In this document: piece after piece, positions 11,585 to 26,062 of the stretch
How the letters are laid out: every line of letters starts with the position of its first letter
How positions within the stretch are numbered: position 1 is the first letter of the stretch
Assembly (NCBI RefSeq): GCF_036321535.1
Contig: NC_087437.1
Location: forward strand, 76,882,001 to 76,946,000
Source of the DNA: Camelus dromedarius
Lineage: Eukaryota
DNA: 64,000 nt
Direction of reading: 5' to 3'
Position numbers and translations under genes: made by a program
Notes under the pieces: generated by a model
Database searches by the model: none
What the model was told of the DNA's origin: nothing
Seen by the model: the letters and a program-made list of their open reading frames with translations, nothing else

Positions 11585-14339
11585 AAACTGAAAATGGATG
11601 AAAAACAAACTCATGAAGAACATATTCACAATCTGATAAATTAGGCTGCAAATCCCAAAGTAGTAAACAATCCTTGTGGATGCATATCAAGTTTGATCCA
11701 CCCCAACTCTTAAAGTCTATTTTTTGGCAGGAAACCAGTGGGGTCTATCAGTGCATGGGAGGAGAGGGGCAATTTAAGCATAATGAAACTCAGTGTTCAT
11801 GTGGAGCTCATTGCAGGCTCCTGAGTGCAGGGGAAGGCTTTGAAACAGACTGGTATCACTGCCTGCTCAGAAGAGCATTCCCTTTGAAGAATTGGTGCAC
11901 TGTTTCCCCCAAGATATTTAACACCACTCTCAGGCTCAATACTTGAGGTTTATTGTTTGCATTCAAAATCTGGTTTAAACCACTGGAGCTAAGGTTGCTA
12001 GGAAACCGGCATTATTTTGAGGCTGCTTTACCATCTCCCTCCTAGTCACCCCCTTAATTAGGAAAAACCATCAGGCTACAGAGTTTTGACTCATGCATTT
12101 CCCCACTGAGGACTAAAGACCACTTTTCCAGCATTTTCTGCTTTTCTATGTCCAAAAACCATTTGTGTAATACATTCCTTTGTGGTTTGATTGTATTTGA
12201 TTTAAATTGTATTTATTAAATAGATCCCTATCTCTCCCATTGTACTTAGCATTTTTAAAATTCGCCCAGTATGGATTTCCACTGTGAACAAAGCAGTGCT
12301 CATTTATAAGAACAACTAAAGGGTTAACATTTACACTTGGCAATTTAAATACCAGAGACCTTTAAAGGAGAGTGAATTAGTTAAATAAATCACAATAATA
12401 TGCTTTTACTGCTTTTCTCACATTGACAAATTTTAGGTCTATTGGATAGATACTTACTATTTCCAGTCTGAGGTTTAGGATAATTTCTTTGTTGCCATTT
12501 CCTCTTTTCACCTACCCTCTAAAATAATGTTGTTTTCTCAAGTTATTGGGCTGTGACACTACCAATTTCCTGAAATGGTGGGAACATGATCTTCCAATTC
12601 ACTATTCTTAAAAGGTTAGGCAGAACTTAATAGCCTGAGAAAATAGTATCAGCAAATTATGTATGTTGTCATCTACACCAGTTACACAGATTACAGAATC
12701 TCAGATTAGCATTTACCCAAGGCGTAGATGAGATTATAAAGATATGTAATACTTTTCACATCTCCTTACCATAAACATGCTGAATTTTCAAGAAAAGATA
12801 TGTGAGAACGTGTTCTGAGACCACATCTGTACAGGGCAAGTGACAGCAGAGCTAGGCAGTCTGCGAGTGTTTCAGGGGACCAGAGAATAGTTCATTTATC
12901 CAACTAGTATTTGTTGGCAACTAACAGGAGCTTTGCTAGTGGCCAAAGGTAAAACAAAAAAGTAATTTTGCTACTTTTTGCTAAAGGAACTTTTACTCCA
13001 GTTAAAGGAGAAACAAAGACATGTATACAAGAAGCATAACAAAAAATAACCCCAAGAATATATTTATTGAGGGTAACGACTGATTATTTGTGCCTCTAAG
13101 CTAGAGGACACTATGGGAATGCCCTGCTTATCCTGGACTGCCATAGATACAATCACAACCTAATATAATCATTTGGGCACAGAAAGAATGAAAACTATTT
13201 AAGCATTTATTTTCCTCAAATATTCACCTTAAGAGTTTGTATGACTCTTCCTGTGATATCAACATTGCTCAGAATATTTCTGAGCACTTCTTTGTAAATT
13301 ATCTTCAAAGTCTGTCCCACTCTTTGAATATCCTTTATCATGGCATATCTACAGACTGAAGTTGTGTTTGGGTATTGGAAACCATTGAATATCATTTAAA
13401 GATGAATCTGGTGTATATTATGGATCACCCTTGTGTATGATTTTATTGTAAAACTAGTACGTGATTTAAAGTAATGGTAATGAAATGCTAAAGAGTTTTC
13501 TTCTATGCCATGAAAAGCAATCTCTCCTACAAAAAAAAAAAAAAAGAATTTAAGATCTTTTTCCAGTTGGTAGCATGGTTTAAATAAGCACATAACCTCC
13601 AGAGTCAACACTTTTATGTGTGTATCAATTGTGCTATTCCTGACCAACTATATTTAATCCCCTTACAGACGACTCTCAATTTAAAAAATAATAGTATTTT
13701 CCATTTTGTTTTGTCTATCAGGAAGCTCACAGCAAAACTGATGACTTACATTTAAAGGAATTTTGGTATGCATTTTTGGGTAACCATACCCTGAATCTTA
13801 TTTTCTGTTTACCTTATTTTTCCTTTTTTCCCTCGTTCTTGTTAATCTATTTCTATGCCATTGCAGTGTGTAAGTCTTATAAATTATTTTAGATCTCTTT
13901 GAAAGAAAGTTAGATATAAACACATATATTCTTCAGTGTTTTTTCTTTATAGGTAACATCTCATAATAATTTATGGATCATGATGCATTTTTCTTTTAAA
14001 TAAGTAACTTAGGAAAGTGAGGATAATTAGATTATTCAGTGAAAAATCAGTGGAAAAGTCAAGGAAGTTAATGCAATCCGTCAAATCTACCTTAATAGTA
14101 AATGACTCTGTAATTCCTTTGGAATTTATAACAGATTTACTAAAACTGGTAGCATTAGATTAAGTAACAACAACAAATGGATTTACTAGATTGTAAAGAT
14201 TAACAGTGAACAAATAGATGTATTTCTTAATTTCCAAAACATGAATGTGTTCTGAAAGGCATAAGCACTATTTCACTTGCTTCATGAGTAAAGACATGAT
14301 TTGAAAGGATCTATTTTCAAAGTAAGAGGGAAGAAATTA

Positions 14340-14406
14340 TACACACACACCCACATGCACGCACACACACACACACATACTCACTTTGTTATACACACAC
14401 ACACAC
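14340..14406. repeat. Interrupted (CA)n microsatellite
   Basis: Read directly. Confidence 0.9.
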
Positions 14407-14537
14407 GTTTAATCAGGAGAGCAAGCTACTATTAACCAATTTGGCACAAAGTGATAGGGCTTAGTCTCCTCGAACTTTTATGAAGTACTGGAGTTTACAC
14501 TTGAATTAATGAAGTGAGGTGCTATCCATGGCAACGT

Positions 14538-14599
14538 ATGATGATGATGATGCAGTATTTGCAAATGAATGATGATGATGATGCAGTATTTGCAAATGA
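14538..14599. repeat. Perfect 31-bp tandem duplication
   Basis: atgatgatgatgatgcagtatttgcaaatga at 14538-14568 and 14569-14599. Confidence 0.95.
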
Positions 14600-14859
14600 T
14601 GTCTTTCCAATAAGTTTCTTTGGGATTCAGAAAGTAAATCCAAGTTCAGATCAATATTCGAGATCCATTTTCATCTTACTTAAGAAGATAGTGTTACATG
14701 TTGGGGCCATTAAACACTGGAATCCTCACATTTTAAGTTTTGTGCAAAACATTTGCATCAATTGACAGACCTACCCTAAGATCTTGGGTATTAAGATAGC
14801 TGATTATACATGATAGCATGAGGATACATTCTCTCTTACTTTCTGTATTCCCCATGGTG

Positions 14860-15050
14860 ACCAGGAGCATAGACTTTAAAGTCAGATAGATCTGGATTCA
14901 TTATTTAACAGGTTATATAATTTCTTTGTTATTTAATTTCTTTACTGTGAAATGGGGACAGTTATATTCACATCATAGATTGTTCTAAAAATTATACATA
15001 TGTAAATTGCTTACCTCAGTAAGTCATCAGTAAATATTAACTAATAATAA
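14860..15050 (+). mobile_element. MIR SINE
   Basis: gagcatagactttaaagtcagatagatctggattca...ctgtgaaatgggga...tcagtaaatattaact. Confidence 0.65.
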
Positions 15051-18000
15051 TAGGAGTTTTAGCAGTAGAAGTAGTAATAAAAGTAGTAGTGATAATAGTG
15101 ATTATTCAAGAAACAATTGAGGATTGCATATTACATATGAAAGTGCCAATATTAAACAATATTTGTCATAGGCAAATGCTATTAATCTTGTAGTGTTATG
15201 AAACATATTTAATAGTTTGCCTTATAGGTTCAGAGTATGAAGCACAGGTATACAAGGAAGTGAAATGAAAAGGAAACAGAAATGAAGTCTTAGTAATTTT
15301 GATGACATTAACTGTACAACCAGTCTTAGCTAGTAAAACCTGCTTGAGACCAGGGCAGCCATCTCCCACTTCCCCTTCCCTGATTTCCTTCCTTGCTAAG
15401 AGAAGTTTGGTTATAGTCAAGAAAAGGAAATTTGGGGAAAACGAAGGTGGGTATTGTGGGAGTGGAGTGCTCACCTATATGTCTTTACCTCTTTTGAGGG
15501 GAAAAAGGAAGCTTAAAGATATCTGTGCTTTCACTTAATCCAGTTCATGTGGCCAGTTTCTGTACAGAGCTGTTAGCAGAGGGGGTCTGTGTCACTCTCT
15601 GGCCATAGCACTAAATTGCTAAGGTGAACCTTTAACACTCTCTACCTTGTTTCGCCATCAAGGAGGCTAAGTGCTTCAGATGGTGCAGCTACAGGATGGT
15701 GCGTCCCCTTAGTGCAAGTAGGCTTATTATTTTGGAGATTTTCCTGGACCTATAGCAAGCCCTGTGTGACCAAGAAATTAATTTTTGTTGTGTTAAGCCG
15801 TAAGATTATTTTCTGTTATTGCACCTAGCATATCCCAGTTAAATGCAGGTGGGTAGAAATGATTTCAATTCTCTGTCTCTGTCTCTCTGTCTATGTCTCT
15901 CTATCTGTCTCCCTCTCTCCCTGTCTTTCTCTTTAAGTTATATTTTTAATATTTCCTGTGGGGAAGGAAAAGGAAGTTGAAAGGAAAACCCAATTGATAT
16001 AAAAGAAGCTTTTTTTCCACTTTATAAAAATGAAAGGAGAAAAACAGAAAAAAAAAAAAAACACTTTAAGAAAACGTGTAGGCTGGTTTATCCTGTATTC
16101 TGCTCTTTCCACATACATTGAAGTTTCTCAGTAAAGCATGCTTTTATATTATAAATATAGAGTTACAATCTTTTATCCACTATAGACAATCTAGTGTTTG
16201 TCTATTAGATAACGTCCATTTTGATGTGAGTTACCTCAACCAGTAAGAGAAATCCTGAAGGACTTGAAAAGCAAGGAGGCCTCCCACATACTGCCAACTA
16301 GGAAGTAGGTAAATTAAAGAAGAAAGGACAGTAGTTAGAGAGAGGGTTAAAGCCCTCCCTTACCTTTGAAAAGAGAAATGACCTAGCTCATAGTTAAAAC
16401 ATCTTTTGTCTGATGCACAACCTTCTGTTACTCGAGAAGTCTGAAAAAAATGAAATCCCAAAGGAAATTTGAAATGAGTCCAATACAGTACATTTAGAAA
16501 GATCCTAGCTTGTCCAAAGCCCACTAATTATAAAAATTTGTGAAATTATTTGAAACTTGGCAAGATAGAACACTGTAAGATGGAAGAATTTAGGAGAGAC
16601 AGGAAACCAGTTAGTGATACATGGCCAGTGCATGACACTGCATTTCTACCATTTCACCATAATGATGGCAGTTAGTTAGATCAGTGTGCACAGATTTCAC
16701 AAATGTCAAATAAACATCTTTTTTTCCCACTAGTACCTTTTTACTACAACTAGAACAAGGCAAAAACCTGGGCCCTCAGTCCACTCAATCTTATCTAATA
16801 GATTCAGCAAGAAGGTAAGCAGGATGTACAGTTTTGAAGAGTTACTTATTGGATATTTCCTTTTATTTTATATCTCCAAGAAGAATGCAGACATTTCTTT
16901 TTAAAAACTAAGCTAATCTAAAATGTTTCCACCACATGACTTTATGTGTAACTGGGCTAGACCTATCCAATGAAAACTTGGTCCTCTCTGAACCAAGACC
17001 TGAAGATCCAGGAATCCAGACTCTTCTATGATCCTGACCCTGTGACAATCTCTACATCTATTTCAGTTCTGGATCATAACAGTGATAGGGTAATCTCATA
17101 GAAAAATCCAGTTAAAACCCTTCATCTCTAAGTGTTTTTAATAAGTATGTGGCTGAAGAGATCATGTAATTGGCAGAGTGAAGTAGAAGACTGATATGCA
17201 TGACAAAGAGCTATTTGCAATGATAAAGGAACAGATCTTTGTGTATGTGTGTGTATGTTCACACACGTGAATGTGTGTCTGCTCTGCAATCCAGAATTGG
17301 TGATTTAATCCCTGAGATTGCCCATGTTCCTAAGAATACAGTAGAGGATGCCTAATTGAGATATACAAAAACCACTTTACTACAAGTAGAATGGTACAAC
17401 TAGAAAATTGCAACTGAGATAATTATCTTTAAGATGGAAAGTTGTTTAATGTCCGTCATATTTCACACAGTTGGGACATTTGCTATCTTGAGGGGAAATG
17501 ATGCTGAAGGTGTACAAAGGAGCCAACAAACAAATCATTCTGGTACAGAGTGGGCAGGGATCCGGGTGAGGGATCATCAGGATGGCAACTATTTGCCTGA
17601 ACACTCCCTTTATCATCTCTATGTACTGCTTTCTGAAGTTCTTTGTTCTCTATTGCTACAGTGAGTTTTGAATGGCCTAGATAGGAAAAAAAGCCTTGGG
17701 GATTCTTAAGAGAGAAGCTTTCATAAAAAGTGGCCTCTGTGGTCGAACCCAACAATCTTGCCACACATTCCATCTTTCTGTCAAGAATACCTTCTTTCAC
17801 TGAAGCTGGTAGTAAGCTTGGCTGGCAAATCTGGGGGTAGGTCTTCTGAACAGATTCTGAGAAAAAGACAGTGACATCTCCCCCAGTACCTCTACTTGCA
17901 TTAGAAGAGACATTGGATAGAGCACTTTTCTTTTGTCCTCGCCCCTCACCAGTGAGAAAGCTTCAATGGTGTGGAACCCTGCCTGATTCCTCTATCACTG

Positions 18001-18750
18001 TGGCTGTGGCCATTCTTACTCTCCCAGCCCCACTTCTTCAGCTGCTGTACATATATCCTTATTTATCAAGGCTTCCTGATTTTATAGGAAATCTCTATGT
18101 ATTTCTTTGTATGGAATAGTGGCAGCTTGCTGTCAGTACTTGTTGGGATAATTTGCTGCCACCTCTCCAATGGTAGTGCTAGGAATCATGGATAGGAGGC
18201 CAGTGCACACCCCATTTCATGAGGTGTCTTGATACATCTGTTTTAAACTGTCTATTGAGCTCAACTTTATGGGCATTGACCCCTAGAGAGTCTTGGTGCC
18301 TAGTTAAGTGCATTGACCTAAGATAAGCCCAGAGACTTCAACTTACTTTTATTTCTCCTGATTGAACCTGCTGACCTCAGGCTATGGATGTCTCCCCATG
18401 CTTGATTTTCTCTCAAAGTGGCCACAGATCTGATACATAGATCTACAATCCATTGGAAGTTCATATGTTTACGTTTACTTAAAAAATACTAGAGTGTTGC
18501 TTCTAGTTTCTTACCTACAGATTAAGCTCAGAAGCCCTAGTAGGTGCTCAACACATATTTATGAAGTAAATTATTGATGGACTTTTAGGTTGGTGCACCT
18601 GTGTTGCATGCCTTAGTTATATTCATGGAAAATGATGGGTATTTGTGAACAAGAGTTTAGGGATGCAGCCCGTGGCTGAGGAACTGACATACAAAACCTG
18701 AATCCATGATCTTGCCATGGTGACTACAAGATAAGATCCTGGCAAAACAC

Positions 18751-18751
18751 T

Positions 18752-18806
<55 letters not shown>

Positions 18807-18809
18807 TTT
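18751..18809. repeat. (TTTA)n microsatellite
   Basis: About 14 perfect units. Confidence 0.97.
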
Positions 18810-21800
18810 GCTAGTACCAGTGCCAAATGCACCCAAAGTGTACTCATCCCTGAGACCCCCATGAGATTTCTTCACCTTGACCTCTTTGGGTTCCCAAACT
18901 ATAGTTTGAGTAAACCCCCTACCATGGAGTCATATGATCACAGAAACTGGTATAATCACAAGAGGTCAGAGTGTTCTGTTTTGTGTCTGAATTTCAAAAT
19001 GAGCTGAATAATTTTATGACCAGCAGTAAAACTAGTAGTTATGAGAGCTAAAATAAAAAAGCTAATCAGATCTCATGTTTCAGGACATAAACTTGTCACC
19101 ATGAGCATTAACGAGATTTTTTTCCCCTTAGATGGCCAAGCAGTATGTTATAAAGGATTTTCACTTTTTAGTCATCTGTGCCATATGTTTGGTCCTGGGG
19201 AAATTTAATTTGGCATGCATTTATTAGGTGCTCACTGCACACAAAACACCATCCAAGGCAAGATTTTCGTAGAGTTGAAAGACTTGAAAAACAGAAGTAG
19301 ACATAATCTTATTGCAGAGGGAAATTTGTGCAACCAGAGCGTTCATCAATGATTCCAGGGCATTGTGTCCCAGGATTCCTAGGAATTCTCATTGTGAAAA
19401 AGACCTAATTTGCTCGGAGCAACAGTAAATGGGATATTATGATCAAAAGTCAGTTCTTTTCAAATATTAAAATCTTCATCAAAGATAAGTGTGTCCACCC
19501 AACCCGGTGGAGGGGGTTCCCTGTGACAAACCTAAATGCCAGGGAATATCTAAAGAACCAGATTTGAGAGTAGAAGAATGTTAGGAGAAGCCTTATTTGC
19601 CTCAGCCTGGTCTGAATTTCTTATCTAAGGGAACTTTAAATCTAAAAAAGTAAATATCTCTTTAGGATATTTTTAAAAATTTATAATATCTTAGAGGTGA
19701 ATCCATTTGTGTGAAAGCTTTGTCATAGCTCAAAGAAAATTTTCTTCCTTCTGTGGCAGAAGGAGTCATGATTCTAAATGAGAGTTTATCAGGAATACTA
19801 GAGAGTAGAGAGGAAAAGCAGTGCCAGGACGCTCAGGGATTAAGAGAGAGAGGTGGAGTAAATCAGAGGCAAGGTCAAATTCTGGATGCTGAAGGGGACC
19901 CTGCTAGTGAGAAATACCACTGCAAACATCCTGAATCAAGTTACCCCTGCTGCTTGGAGGGAGACAGGAAATTGTGGGCAATTCCACTTTCAATAAAGCA
20001 GCTAGGGAGGAAGAACGCTTTCTAAACTGGGGTGTAGACTAGGAATTCTAAAGGAGTGGGGCAGGGGCTCCCATGTTGCTAGGTTAGCCTAAACTTCAGC
20101 TATAAACAAAGATCTTCTATAGAAAGCAGAGTGTCATAGTTGATACATGATAGAGGAGCAATGATTGGGCTGTGGAATTTCAAAAAAAAAAAAAAAGCAG
20201 CTAGTTTTGAATGGCAGGGCAAGGGAAAGTTTCCAGAGAAGATGGTATTTTAACAGATTTCAAAGATAAGTAGGATTTCAAGTGACGAAGGATTACTGTG
20301 TGGGGCATAGGCAGAGAGCACAAATAACAAAAGGAAATAGGTTAACTTCCTGTTTTTCAGCAAAGGACTAATGCTACAGTGAAACTGAACTATGGTGCTC
20401 TTTGTTGGAAAAGATGAGACTGGAAACAATCTCACGTTTGTAATTTCTTTAGTAGACAATAGGGAATCTATAAACAGATGATGGCCATGATCTGAGGTAT
20501 TTTTAAGGATATAAATCTGTAAGCACTGTGCAGCTTGGCACTGAGAGTCAAGAGACAGGAAAGAGGTCATTTCCCTTGCATGGAAAAATATTCCCTCTTT
20601 TCTTTTGCTGAATTAGGGAAGGGGCTCACCACTGGGTTTTGGCTTAGATAGCCACTTACTCCAGGAGCATTCCTGATCCTCAGCTCTGGATTAGGGCTAC
20701 GTTGTAATTATTTGTCATTGTCTACATTAGACTATAAGCACCATTAAAACTGATACCTTGTCTGCCTTTTGCTCCATTCACAAGTTTCTTTTTTGTGCCT
20801 GGCCCTAGTGGATACTTAATCCATATTTGTTGGATAAGTTAATGAAAAAAGGTGTGTGAATACTTTGAACAAATCAGTTGTGAGACAGAGACATCAAAAT
20901 AGTGATGATGGAAATGAAAAACATGGGAACTATGGAAAATACCATCCGAAAGATTGGAGACAGGAAAATGTGGGATGTGGAAAGAGAGATTTAAAGGTGT
21001 TTCCAGTGTGTCTATCCTGAGCTGGATAGTGATGCAGGTAAGAGTTTTGTTTCCTCTCACAGAGAATCTCTTAACTGTACAAAAATTTTGTTTGAGGTGT
21101 GGTTATGGCCTCCCCATACATGTACCCTCGTGATTCCTAGGATGGGAAGATATGAATAAAATCCTGGTGCCAACTAAATAGGGTCTGATACTCCTCTTGG
21201 GAGTGATTCCTTATCATCCCACAATTCTGATGGAAAGAGAAGCCAGAAGTTGGGATGCTTAGATTTGATGCTGTAGACATCTGCAGCCCCCTAAATTGTC
21301 ACTGGACCCCTTCTCTATATTCAAATAATATATCTGAGAAAGGTAAAAATATTTATTGAATCATTTCCTATAATAAAACGGTTCTAGTCTATGAAAATCT
21401 GTAGCACTGACACTGTAGTAATAGAAGAGTTGAATAATCCACTGAGATTCTCATTCTACAAAACAGGAAAGTGGTTACTCTGTACCCAGTTCCATGGAGT
21501 TAGTTATAATGCCTGCGCTGGAAGTTAAATCTTCCAGGTGAAGGTACCTGTTTTGAAGCAAAATAACTGAATGGGATGACTATATAATGTAACATGTTTC
21601 AATATTTTTATTGTAATCAAAATTCATTGTTTCAGGAGAGAAGAAAAATAAAACTCTAAGTATTATTTTAAAAAGAAAGATAAGTTTTATTGAAAAAACA
21701 TCTGCCTAATTTGGTAGCCAAATATCAGGATGAAAAAAATAAAATTCTCAAAACCATGATTCAAAATCTGAAATAATTAAATTCTTAATTTAGAATGAAA

Positions 21801-24800
21801 TTATTGTAACTGGTCATATTTTCCTGCTCATCAATCTAAAAGAATTTTGTATTTGGATTATTTACGTCTTATGTACCCAGCCACTTGGCGATTTAGCCAT
21901 TGAATATGCACCTGCTTCTCAGATTGGCAAGGCAACAATTTACTGTGAAGAATCAGTTGTTTTGAATGGTTAATTGGTTACAGGTGCAATAAATTAACCA
22001 TCTGCCTTTGAGACTGACTCAACTATGGGAAGGAAAATCCCTTTCCTTTCTGTCACTTTGGGAGCACATCAGTGAGATGTGATTCTAACATGGAATTTGT
22101 GGATCTTATGGTGGGTGGGGTGAGGTGAGGTAAGTGAGAGGAAAAGAAAGCAAGTTCAGAGGTTAATCAGAAGGATATTATACAGTCATATGTGAGACTA
22201 GTTCATTAACTTTATGAATAATCTTACCATCTTTTGAGTTAAACAGATCTCCAAATATCTCAAAGTATGATGTTTTGGGGTAGGTTTTTATTTTCTAGCT
22301 GTTCTTTCTTGGTTCAAATAAATTTTCAAAATGTTCTGAAGATTTGTGACATTAATCTAGTGATACAATATTTGAAAGCAAAATTTGAATTTAATCAGGT
22401 GACTTTCTGATTGCTCAGCTGAAGAGCAACTTATAAGATTTTTTAAATAGGCAACAACCATTTTTTTTTCCTGGATAGTCACAATCTCCTGACTCCAGCA
22501 AGGTAAAATGAAGCTCTTCTTAACTAGGAAAGGCAATCTGCGTTGGGTGACTAGGTGGGAAATGATGTTAGGTAGTTTGGTCTGACTGTACTTCTTTGCC
22601 TTCAGGTAAGCACTTTATTTTTCTTGCCCATAACTGAATTTGTGTTTTAGATGTTGTTTAGTTTACTATGCCTAACTTAATAACTGTTAAATATTTAAAG
22701 GTTCCATTTGGCTTAACATGTTTCCATGTAACACATTTTCCTCAGTTAGCTGTCTGAGATTCAGAGTCCTGCAGTCTCTTCTGATTAGGGATTTTTCTAC
22801 AAGCCTCTCTGCCCACCTACATTTATCTTGAGGAACTTTCAATAGAAAGTTATTTTAATTTCCTTTATTCGTTTAGAAAAATACCTTGATGAATTTTACA
22901 TTCTCTTTGAATGCATATAAAATATTATTGCAGTGAAATCTTTGTACAACAATGAAATAGTCCTGACAAAAGCTCACTCCTTTCAAATACTATTCAATGC
23001 ATTTTATCCAACCAAAACATTTAGTCCAAGAGTTCTTGAGAGCATTGTAAACATCCATGGTTAATATTATACCTAATAAATTGCTGTAGAAATAATTTGA
23101 GTCATTAATTAGCCTTATAGAAATAATGTTTTTTTACTTTCATAATTTTATTTTCTCATGTATCCCATTCAGAAGGAAAGTTATCAAATAGTAGCATTCT
23201 TTTCTACTTGTTTCTAAATGAATACAAATGCTCGTAATGACTTTCTCTTTTAACAAAGTGAAGGCCCTTCATGGCGTATCTCCATCATATTCCCTTCCTT
23301 CATTTGTCTTTTAGTGATGCCCATTCTCTGAGGTAAATTTGTGTTGTTGAAAATCCTGTGTCACAGAAGCTATGTCTACAGAGGTTACTTATGGCAGAGC
23401 TGAGAATTATATATCGTATCTAAAATACCTATTCCATAATCAGAGCTGGAAGTCACTTTGGAAATCCTCTTCCAGACTAATTTTTCAAGCATTTTACAGG
23501 ACTCCTTTAAATGAAAGTGTAAGATGCAACAGAAAATGCAATACTGCTCTAGCTGATGTAAGGATAAAGTGCTCAGCTCCGTTTTTTTATTGCTTTCCAT
23601 GTTGTATTCTGTAATTTTTAATGTTCTGTGTAAAATAGTCCTTTTCTAACATATATATTTTTTTCTACTGGGAGACGGAGGCATAGAAAATTTATTTGGC
23701 TTATCCAAAGGCAACTAGTGAGTTGTTAATAAAATCAGAAGGAAAATTAAGTTCTCTTGAATTCTAATCTAGAGTTTCTCCACTGTTAAAATATAAATTT
23801 TAGTGTTTGAATTATACATATGGTTTCTTTCCATTGGTTAAAATGCCCTGGATCACTTAGCACTTTACTTGACCTAACCTCTGTATATGAAGTCACTGTG
23901 CCAACTCCTTCCTAGATCTTCCCTTCTCTGAGCTTGTGATAACCTTAAATCCTGATACTTAGTACTTTCAATCTCTTAGACAGTAGATTATACCAAATGC
24001 TTAGCACAGGGCCAATAGCTGGCTCCAGGCTATTGATGATTTCATTAAATCTTTCCCAGTTTATTGTTTACACAATTTCAACTGGAAAAAAAATGCATTG
24101 AAATGAAACATCTCATTTCCAGTACTGTCCCGAGGTGAAAAGAGACAATGATACATATCCCCAATTTAGACTAGATGAAGCTAGCCACATTTCAAATAGA
24201 GAAGTCGCATTGTAAGTTAAAACCAAGTTAGCCTGAAAGGAAACATTTTCTCCCTGTATATCTGTGCAAACTTGAATTGATATTACTATGAACTGTGTAT
24301 CTGAACCAAAGGTCAACATCTTTTCTAAAGACACTTTAAAACTAGTGAATTGGCTCAAACATTGCCTTAGACTTTCCTCCTCTATCCGTCTTCCTGTAGT
24401 GGTGGTTTCGGTGGCATTCACTGGTGGCAAACAAATGAAAAAATTTCTTATTGAATTATCTTGATTGCCATATTGATCAGTTTTTTTGTTCTTAATTAAG
24501 CACAACGGTAAAAGAAGGTAGTCAAGCAAGGTTTCACTTTGACGAAAAAGAAAATAAAAATAAAAAAAGATTTCAAGAAAAGCAATTGGTTCCAGTTAAG
24601 AATCAGTTAACAATTTTTTTTTTTAAATTTGAAAGAATAGCTTCTGTTTTGTAATGAGGACTTTGCCAGTTAGTCACAAATGAATTTGAGCACGTTTTCT
24701 TGATTATCATGCAGCTGATGACTGAATGGATGAGCCACATATATTTTATAGTTTGTCTCTCTGTACTATGTCTTTTCTCTACCTACTGTGTTCTAAGTAG

Positions 24801-25414
24801 TTACAAATATTAAGCTGTTAATAACTGATCAACATTTTAAAAGAGGGTTTCACAAGAAATGTAATTAGATTTCATAATTGAGTGTTAGCTAATGTGTGTT
24901 TCTACAAAAGTTCAGGTGCTTAGATTACATTTCAATTTATGCTTGCCATCTGCTAAAGTTTTTTTCCCCCCTCTCTCTCTATATATATATTCAACATCCT
25001 GATCAGATCTCCAAATTTCCAAATCAGCTTTCATTATTAAAGAGTCACTGTAAATTTCAAATACCAGGTTGATTATTTTAGTCTCCATGTTCTCCATGTC
25101 TGCTTATGGTTCTATATAAAAAAAGCTGTTTCTTATTTGCTATGAACAGTGTATTAGGATTTCTTTACTATACAGTATTCTTGTAGTTAATAGCATACTT
25201 TTTTAAAAACATCTCATTGGAAATATTTATGCTCTGAAACATTATTTTTTGAATTGTTAAATGTAAATCATTTATACTGCAATGCTTTATGGGAGAAGCA
25301 TATGCTGAATTTTAATGGTTTTTAGTTTGCAATCCAAAATTCTGAATGCATGCATCCAGAATTATGAAATGGCTAATGAAATGTTTCCATCACTTGTAAG
25401 CTGGCTATATAAGA

Positions 25415-25415
25415 T

Positions 25416-25506
<91 letters not shown>
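25415..25506. repeat. (TTTC)n microsatellite
   Basis: More than 20 perfect units. Confidence 0.97.
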
Positions 25507-25664
25507 ATCTTATCTATCTATGATCTACATATCTATACAGATATAAAACTTTACAGAAAAAATTCTTTAATTATTAAGTAAATAATGTTCAAAACCCCAA
25601 ATAGTATTCATGTAGATGGTACAGAGGTTGAGGTTTTGAGAACAACTACTCTAGTTACTAGACA

Positions 25665-25805
25665 ACTTCAGTAAGCATCAGAATTAGAATCACCTAGGGA
25701 GCAGCTTGACCCCACCCTGACTTTCCAGACTGAATATCCAGGAATGGGTAGTGACCTTTTGCAATTTGAGTGAGCTGTCCAGGTGACTCTTATACTGAAG
25801 TTGAT
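25665..25805. mobile_element. MER5-like hAT MITE fragment
   Basis: gcatcagaattagaatcacctaggg...ccaggtgactctta resembles MER5. Confidence 0.5.
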
Positions 25806-25826
25806 CTAGAGAGATTTTTCTACTGC

Positions 25827-25945
25827 AGTTGTTAACCACTATATATAAAAATAGGTAAAAACCAAATTTCTTCTGTATAGCACAGGGAACTATATTAAGT
25901 ATCTTGTAGTAACCTTTAATGAAAAAGAACGTGAAAATGAACATA

Positions 25946-25982
<37 letters not shown>

Positions 25983-26062
25983 TATACACACACATGACTG
26001 GGACATTATGCTGTACACCAGAAATGGACACATTGTAACTGACTATACCTCAAAAAAAAAAG
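25827..26062 (+). mobile_element. Young lineage-specific L1 3' end with internal (TG)n, poly-A and GA-rich extension
   Basis: ctgtatagcacagggaactatatt...gactgggacattatgctgtacaccagaaat...gtaactgactatac; closely similar to the copy at 40520-40950. Confidence 0.88.

Noticed and set aside
14538..14599. CRISPR-like direct repeats
   Set aside because: Two adjacent copies with no spacers in mammalian DNA; a simple tandem duplication.
24113..24529. 138-aa minus-strand ORF
   Set aside because: Non-ATG start, no recognisable homology and no convincing donor site.
25690..26031. Similar ORFs here and at 40638-40922 suggesting a gene family
   Set aside because: Both are antisense readings of the same L1 3'UTR.
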